Below are positions 54,708-64,000 of a DNA stretch of 64,000 nt, piece after piece. This DNA comes from the human T2T-CHM13v2.0 reference genome, Homo sapiens. The notes beneath the pieces were generated by a model that did not search any database, was not told the DNA's origin, and was given only the letters and a program-made list of their open reading frames with translations. The stretch lies in the NCBI RefSeq assembly GCF_009914755.1, contig NC_060928.1; one strand, 5' to 3'. The stretch's first letter is position 1. The number at the start of each line of letters is the position of its first letter. The translations under genes were made by a program, and so were the position numbers.

Positions 54708-54764
54708 ACATGGTGTAATAAAGGTATACATGGTGTAATAAAGGTATACATGGTGTAATAAAGG
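54708..54764. repeat. 20-bp tandem repeat x~3 (ACATGGTGTAATAAAGGTAT)
   Basis: Directly visible. Confidence 0.9.
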
Positions 54765-55834
54765 ATGTGGGAGCACAAATCCATAGGAATTTGAGAGTTT
54801 AGGAATTGTATTTATTATTCAGGCCCTTCACTCTCAGACTACCCTGCTCTATTTGAATAATGAGGCTTGTGGTGGTCTGTGGAAAAGTGGACAGAGTAGA
54901 ATTTGGGCAGCTGCTGAAGGTTTGGTCTCTGGAATGAGTCCACGTTACCCTAAGGACAGTAATCCCAAATTGAGACAAAAACTTTAAGAAAACCAATGTT
55001 TGGGGCCAAGCAATGGGGAGCTTGGCCGACCTCATTTTTTAGTGATTTTGAACTCAATCTTTAAAATCCTGGAAGAGAAGGAAAAAAAGGGTGTATATTC
55101 GTGTAATGACATCCAGATCTCACTGTTCTCTTGGCTCCTAGTGATGGGGGAAAAAAGGTGCGCCCAGGGTTGACCCTTCAGTAACACCTGCAGCCATGCG
55201 TCATGACCTCCAGGTGTTCAGAGGCCCTGCCCATGTGACACGTGCCTGGTACTTCCCATACATGTGCCTCTTTAATCCTAATAAACCTGGGGTGAAATCC
55301 GGCTGTGCCTCTTGCTCGCTGTGTGACCTTTTGACTTTAAGTTCCTTAACGTTTCTGAGCCTCACTTTTCTCATCTGTGAAATGGGGATCATTCCTATTT
55401 CTAAGAATTGAAAGCGCACATTCTCAAACTTCAGTGTGCCCCTGAGGCATGTGGTGTGCTTGTTTAAAAGGCAGATTTCTGGACCTACCTCTAGGAATTC
55501 AGACTTAGGAGGTCTTGAGTGGGGTCCTGGCATCTACATCGTTTATGTAAGTAATTCTCCGCACTTGGAGAAACACATAAGACTCCAGCAGGGATTGCCA
55601 CACCTTTTTTTATCTTGCACCAGTTATCAGTAAAAAGTACTGCACACACCCTTAATATAAGCACTTTTACAACCATACTGTCTTCTAATATGTTATATGG
55701 TTTACAGTATTTAGCAATACTAAGATGAAGTAACAACATATCAGAGCATTAATATTTTTTTCACTCCCCTGGGGTATGTGAAACCTACTTTGGAAACCAC
55801 TGGTTTAGAAGATCAAATGAACTAGTATATATAA

Positions 55835-56260
<426 letters not shown>

Positions 56261-56940
56261 TGAGTGTGGACCACGCACTTATAATATAAGCCCACTTGCA
56301 AATCCAGTCAACACCACTGACCTGCAACTCTTCCTCCTCACCTGTGCTGCCCTCTGAGCCTTGTTCCTAGGAGACTTCTGTATTTACTGCCTTTAAGCAT
56401 TTTGGAATAGTTAATACAGAACTAAGGGAAAATATGACCTAGAGACCAAAAGGCAGACAAAGAATTTTACTTATCTCCCTAATCAAAACTACACATTCCA
56501 AACTAAAATGAGTGAGGCCTTTGAGGAACAGGCTAATTAGAATACTTGTTTAGTCAGAATCTGGCTACTTTGAAAGCACAACAATGCAATTTCTCTTGAC
56601 ATAAGTTACCAACTTAAAATCCCACACAAAAAAATCCATTTCTAGGTCCAACTCATTCTTTTCCATTCTCCAAAATATTCCTAAAGCTATGGAGAAAGGT
56701 AAACCTCAGAATTTACATAAATCAGGAAGAGTTCACAGGCCACAGAAGGTCCATAGCCTCTACTCATCGGCCGATGTGCTGCTCTCTCTGTCTTAGATGT
56801 TGATGCTTAGAAAGGAAACAAAAGCTTTAAATTACCAATTTCTGAAGACACAAGATCTAAGGTCCAAGGTTTTCATGGCATCAGCCATAAGCCGGGTGAC
56901 AAACCATCAAGGACTGTTGTGGTTTTTAAATTAAAATTTA

Positions 56941-57472
<532 letters not shown>

Positions 57473-57743
57473 ATAGGAAGAAAATATATAGAGAAAAAAT
57501 CTGCAAAGACATTACTTCAAAATAATTTGCCAAATATTAACGTAGAAATTGTATTCAGTAATTAATTTCTGGGAGCCAACAAGTTATGGGTTTTGGTATT
57601 TTGTTGTTGTTTTTAGTATTTTTATAGGTATGACTATAGCTTAACATTTTCAGTACTGCTATGTGTTAAGCACCAAATGCAGTCAGCCTTGTTCTAAGTA
57701 CTGCACGTGAATCATCTCACTGAAGTCTACCGTGACGCCATGA

Positions 57744-58193
<450 letters not shown>

Positions 58194-58377
58194 TAATATG
58201 CCTCTCTGTGGCAACATCCATGTTGCCATTAGACAAAGATAAGGGCTGAATCAAAATGTGAGACAACCCAATTTTGTATATGTAAAATTGTATGTATTGT
58301 CAATTGGGATTAAAAGGGGGTTTTGTTCTGGTTCTAAGGAAGATTGTAATAAAGAATAGAAAAGTTAGTCAAGGCCT

Positions 58378-58882
58378 TGTAACCATAATAGGTCTGTTGC
58401 CCAACGTGCCGCAAGTCAATAGCTGAGACACGGGGTTGCAGCAGAGCAAGAGGTTTAATGGGAGGGCCGCTGAACGAGGAGATGGAAGGAAACCTCAAAT
58501 CTGTCTCCCTGAGGAGTTTGGGGCTAGGCATTTTAAAGGGTTTGGAGTAAGCCTAAGTGTGGTGATAGTTGATTGGTCGAAGAGTACAGGGTGAAGTCAT
58601 GGGACAGGGTGATGAAGAAACTGTATTCTCATGCTGATCCCATTTGTCTGGGTGGGTTGGCTGTCAGCTGTTTCACTGGAATTTGGGGGAAAACACCTTA
58701 AGCAATTCTAACAAAAGCTTTATGATTCTAATGTCAGAAATCCTATCTATAGGAACAATGGGGATGCACATGGCCAGGATCTAGTGCTACTACAGGACTT
58801 TTGGTGACAAGGAAGTGGGCCAAAGTACAGCCTGATTAATGCTTAATCCAGAATTCTTGTTAACCCTGTGAGGACAGCTTCA
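58378..58882 (-). mobile_element. ERV1 (MER4-group) solo LTR
   Basis: TGTAAC...TTCA termini, ~505 bp, 4-bp near-TSD GCCT/GCTT; CCTCAAATCTGTCTCCCTGAGGAG motif. Confidence 0.65.
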
Positions 58883-59171
58883 GCTTTATCTGTAAAATCT
58901 CTGAGACTGTCTACTGTCAATGGTATTTTTGCGGCAATCGTAAGACCATGAATTTCCTTTCCCTACAAAGGTTGAGGCAGATCCAGGGGCCATATGTCCC
59001 CACCCATGAACCACCCCTACATAGCTTAAGATTCCTTTCCTCAGTTTCATCATCTGTATAGTGGAGGTGATGGCTAGGCCCCTCTCTCGGCCATAATGAG
59101 ATTTAAATGAGATAAAAAGTGCTTAGCACGTACCCAGCACAAAGTAAACAATAAATGTTAGATGTAATTTT

Positions 59172-59475
<304 letters not shown>

Positions 59476-59959
59476 GTTAGATGTACTTTTATTATCCAGC
59501 GAAGGTCACTGGCCCACTTCTATGAGTAACACTCAATGCTTTTTTAAATAACTAGATCTTTGTTGCTACCCACCAAAGCTGTATGAATCACTTCTAATAA
59601 TACTAATTTCTAAACTGGGTAAGTTCTGTTCTACCTACATCATTAATAATCGTCTAAAGGCAAAAATGCATCTTGGGGGCACTTCAATTTTAGTGTATTT
59701 TTATTCTCATTATCTTCATCATTTAACAATTGTAGAACACACGGGAATTTATCCTTTGAACTTTAAGTCACATTGCATTTGAAGTGAATATTTATAGCAT
59801 TAAAATTGACCTTTCTTTTATCTTTCCTCATGCCCCAAATAAGATTTTATAAAATAAAATGCATTTTTAATACAAAACAGAAACCATGGAAGATTTGGGA
59901 GGGTTGATTGGTTATTTTGGAGAGGTTGTGTCTGGCTTGGGTTTTATTTAGTATGGATT

Positions 59960-59996
<37 letters not shown>
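59960..59996. repeat. (GT)n microsatellite
   Basis: Directly visible. Confidence 0.95.
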
Positions 59997-59998
<2 letters not shown>

Positions 59999-60971
59999 TT
60001 TTTGTTTGATTTGGTCAACACTAATATTCATCTGTAATAAGTAAACCCATATATTTTTTCAATTTGGGTATAATGTTATGATTTCAAGAGTATTTTGTCT
60101 ATGATTTCTCAGCTAGATTAACTTAGGAATGAAAATAAATTGAGTTACTTTTAAACTCACTGAGATGCCTATGCTACATGCACATCTTGTCATAAAAGGG
60201 TTAAGATAAAATTTCAGCCTGAACAAACAGAGGAAGAGACCATGCTCCTTAGCTGGTAGATCTGGGTTCATTCAACATCAGTCAAGGCAAGAAAGTCATT
60301 CTTTCCAATAAGGCAGTTGACCTGCCATCAGGAGAACCTCAGGCCCCATAGGCTTTGCAGTTACATCTTGTACCTGGTTCCGCCCCCAGCCCACCTTCGA
60401 ATGTTATAAACAATATGGCTGTGGCAGAAACATCAAAAACTAACTCTCAAAAGGCAAAATCCCCATCATTTATTCCACTACAGAGGGTTGGAACTTGGCA
60501 TCTCTGTGGCCAATAGATTGTTCTGTTTCATCTGAGAGACCACTGAGTGAGCACTGACTGTGCCTGGCCTGTACTAAGTGCATTACACATCTGAGCTCAT
60601 ATGATCCTCACAACCACCCTAAAAGGCACATATTATCTTCATTCTGTAGTTAGAAGACGGGGTCCAAAGAGTTTAAGGTCACAGACAGCAAAGGCATCTG
60701 AATGCCAAATCTGTGCTCTTATCGGGAGCTGTAAGAATGAGCCCTGTGCCAATCCAGGAAAGATGGTGAAAGGAAATTCTCCTGAAGCAATAAAAGGAAA
60801 AGGGTTTGCAAAAGCATTTCACAACAGAAACCGCACCATGGCCAGGCCTTCTGGCGATGGAGTGAAGGCAGCTCTAGGAAGTCTCAGCTGCAGGGCTGGA
60901 TGCCAGAGCTTCACTTTCCATGTGGCTCTATAACTCCTCCTATAGCTACGTTTCTGCAAATAACTGCATTA

Positions 60972-61430
<459 letters not shown>

Positions 61431-61534
61431 GCAACCAGCACTGCCTGTCTTCCCTCCGCACATTCCCTCCCTTTCATCACACCAGGAAAGAAGACTACAC
61501 AGCAGGAAATATGGTCTTCACCAGCCCCTAGCCC

Positions 61535-61620
61535 ACAGCTTTAGCCACCAGAGCAATAAACCATTTTTTCCAGCCCATTTGCTGGAGAAAATGGTTTATT
61601 GCTCTGGCGGCTAATGCTGT
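61535..61620. repeat. Inverted repeat/hairpin, 40-bp arms, 6-nt loop
   Basis: 37/40 positions complementary between 61535-61574 and 61581-61620. Confidence 0.95.
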
Positions 61621-62896
61621 AGCTTTAGCCATGGGAACCCTCATGGGCTTCCCCATGAGGCTATGGAACTCTGTGGCTCAGTTCCACAGCAAGCAACTGG
61701 CCGGCTCAACTCGACTCAGACAAAGTTGTGTGTGCTGGACCAGTCACAGCCACTCTGATCAGCCGTGGGGGATGGACGCATGTAGACCCTTCACCAAGTT
61801 ACCAAACATGCCGCTTACAGCAGTCGCGCCCTCGGTAGGGGTGGATGAGAAGACAGAGGATTTGCAGGCATTTTTCTGATCCTTAAAACTCCTGTGAGAC
61901 AGGTCATTTTACAGATGGCATTGAGGCTCAGAAAGATAAGATACCTTTCTCAATGTCACACAGTGGTGAGTGTGGGGCTCAAACGCAACAGCAAAGGTCG
62001 TGCCTACTTCTCTGAGACCACACCACTTCCATGACAGCATTCAGCGCGCGGGGTTCCCTCCAAAGCGGAACCGAATCATTCTCACCAGTATCCAGGTAAC
62101 ACCTGCAGTGACACAAGCTCCCAGGTGAGAAAATGGAGTGTCCGATGAGAAAAACAATAAAGACAAACTGGCAGCGCCAGAAAATCAGTTAGAAAAAAAC
62201 TAGACTTGAACCTTTACTCTCACAAAATAGCTAATGGTAGTCTTTCGTTTTTAAAGGTGGGCTTTTGTTTATTTATTCATTCAGCAAAAAATCACGAGTA
62301 CTTTCTGCAACACCAGGGCTTGAAGGAAGATACAGCACCAACCCCCCAACGGCCGTGCAGTTCTCCGATTCGGCCAGCAGAGGGAGCGAAGGGCCAGCTC
62401 TGTGGGAGGACCTGCAGAGCTGGACACCAGCTGAACCGCGTGGGCAGCCACACCACCCCCTGGCCACGCCACAAAATGCCCAAGACAAAGAAGTCCCAGC
62501 TGTCCTTTAGGTGTTTAGAGCTACAGTGAGGGTACCCTGGGGAGATCTGAGAACAGTCCTGCAGCATGGTTCTGGGAAGATGAGGAGAGGAGGGAATCCT
62601 TGGGTAGAACCAACATGCCCCACCCAGACTAAAGGGTCGGAGGATCTAAGAACTGGCAAGTCAAACCTCAGATACAAAACATAGTCCTCTTTGACCACAC
62701 AACACGCCCTCAGTGATACTATGCACTAAATCGCGCGACGCCATTTCCAAGCCCCCAACTCTACTGTCCTCAGTGAGACAGAAGGAAGGGTTCCCCGCCT
62801 TTTGGGGTGGAGGAAGCCTGGATGTGAAGACAGATTTGAAAAAGAAGTGCAGGAGCATTCAAGACCATGGGCAGGCCCCCTGGCAAATTCACCCAG

Positions 62897-63288
62897 GGGG
62901 CTGGTGGAGACTATATTTCCTGCTGTGTAGTCTTCTTTCCTGGTGTGAGGAAAGGGAGGGAATGTGCAGAGGGAAAACAGGCAGTGCTGGTTGCTTTTTT
63001 TTGTTGTTGTTGTTTGTTTGTTTGTTTGAGACAGAGTCTCACTCTGTCACCTAGGCTTGAATGCAATGGCACAATTATGGCTCGCCAGAGCCTTGACCTC
63101 GCAGGCTTAAGCAATCCTCCCATCTGAGCCACCCAAGTAGCTGGGACTGCAGGCACGGGCCATCATGCTCGGCTACTTTCTTTTGTATTTTTCAAAGAGT
63201 CAGGGTTTTTTCACGTTGCCCAGGCTGGTCTCAAACTCCTGAGCTCAAGCAATCTGCCCACCTTGGCCTCCCAAAGTGCTGGAACTGC
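62897..63288 (-). repeat. Inverted duplicate of 61146-61528 (AluJ plus 98 bp of flank)
   Basis: Non-Alu flank 62897-62995 is the reverse complement of 61431-61528 with 5 mismatches. Confidence 0.95.
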
Positions 63289-63953
63289 CAGGGTGGGGAG
63301 CTTGCTGAACCAATTGTTCAGGACCAGCGTTGTGAGGCTAGCGTCCGTCACCATGGGGAACAGAAGGGTCATATGTGCCACATTGCCAGCTGCCCACTAC
63401 TCCCCTAATGAGCCAAGAAAGACATGAAAGCCAGTTAGTGACCAAACGTCCCCATTCTACATTACACATGTACTAGAGGGGATATCAAAAAGGCCAATTA
63501 ACCAAAAACTAAGCCCGTCGTCCCCAAGTGACCCCTTTCAACTATAAATCGGGATTGGAGGAATTCTAACATCCATCCTAGTGCACACATTCTGAGTTTC
63601 TGGTTCTCATGTTGTGACTTGGTCACAAATGACCAAATCAACCTTTCCACTTCCTCAGCATAAGCTGTTATTGATCATCTTGTTTTCAAGGACATACACA
63701 CGCGCACACACACACGCACACTCCAAATCAGAATCCTATGAGGTACCACACAGAGTGAAGTTTGCTGTCTATACATTTTAAAAATCTCAACCAGGATATG
63801 AAGGAGAGATGGAATGCAGATGGTGACAAATGACTCTGTGTTACAAATGAGTCACATTACCATGCAGAAGCGGGTGGGGAACAAAGGAGCTGACTTAAGA
63901 AACTTTGGCAAATACAGTTTTGACAGAATACTGTAAGGCTAAAAACAAGAACC

Positions 63954-64000
63954 ACACACACACACAGACACACACAGACACACACACAGACACACACACA
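63954..64000. repeat. (CA)n/(CACAGA) microsatellite
   Basis: Directly visible. Confidence 0.9.

Noticed and set aside
62040-62800. Overlapping ORFs and CpG-containing stretch as an exon or CpG island
   Set aside because: No recognisable protein or paired splice sites, and CpG density is too low for an island; might be an enhancer but this cannot be supported from sequence

Overview
Human (primate) genomic DNA, repeat-rich. From its protein sequence I recognise the 3' part of C4orf19/PGCKA1 on the + strand: a probable 50-nt 5'UTR exon (16791-16840), a 54-nt start-codon exon (47983-48036, MGCRCC...) and a large last exon (49225 to ~52650), giving a 314-aa CDS. A probable antisense terminal exon, likely from the neighbouring RELL1 gene, overlaps the end of the CDS. 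The rest is intronic or intergenic. It includes a sense-oriented LTR2B/Harlequin (HERV-E group, tRNA-Glu PBS) provirus whose env shows G-to-A hypermutation, and a full-length L1MA whose TSD encloses ~1.5 kb of extra DNA (likely 3' transduction). There are also a truncated L1PA, an AluYa5, >20 other Alus, MaLR/ERV solo LTRs, DNA transposon relics and a 29-bp purine-rich minisatellite. The least explained signal is a set of local templated rearrangements, three involving 60.9-61.6 kb: a 130-bp copy inserted into an Alu, a ~390-bp inverted duplication and a 40-bp-arm fold-back hairpin. I found no convincing novel protein-coding system. Repeat subfamily names come from recalled consensus sequences, and mismatch counts were done by eye.
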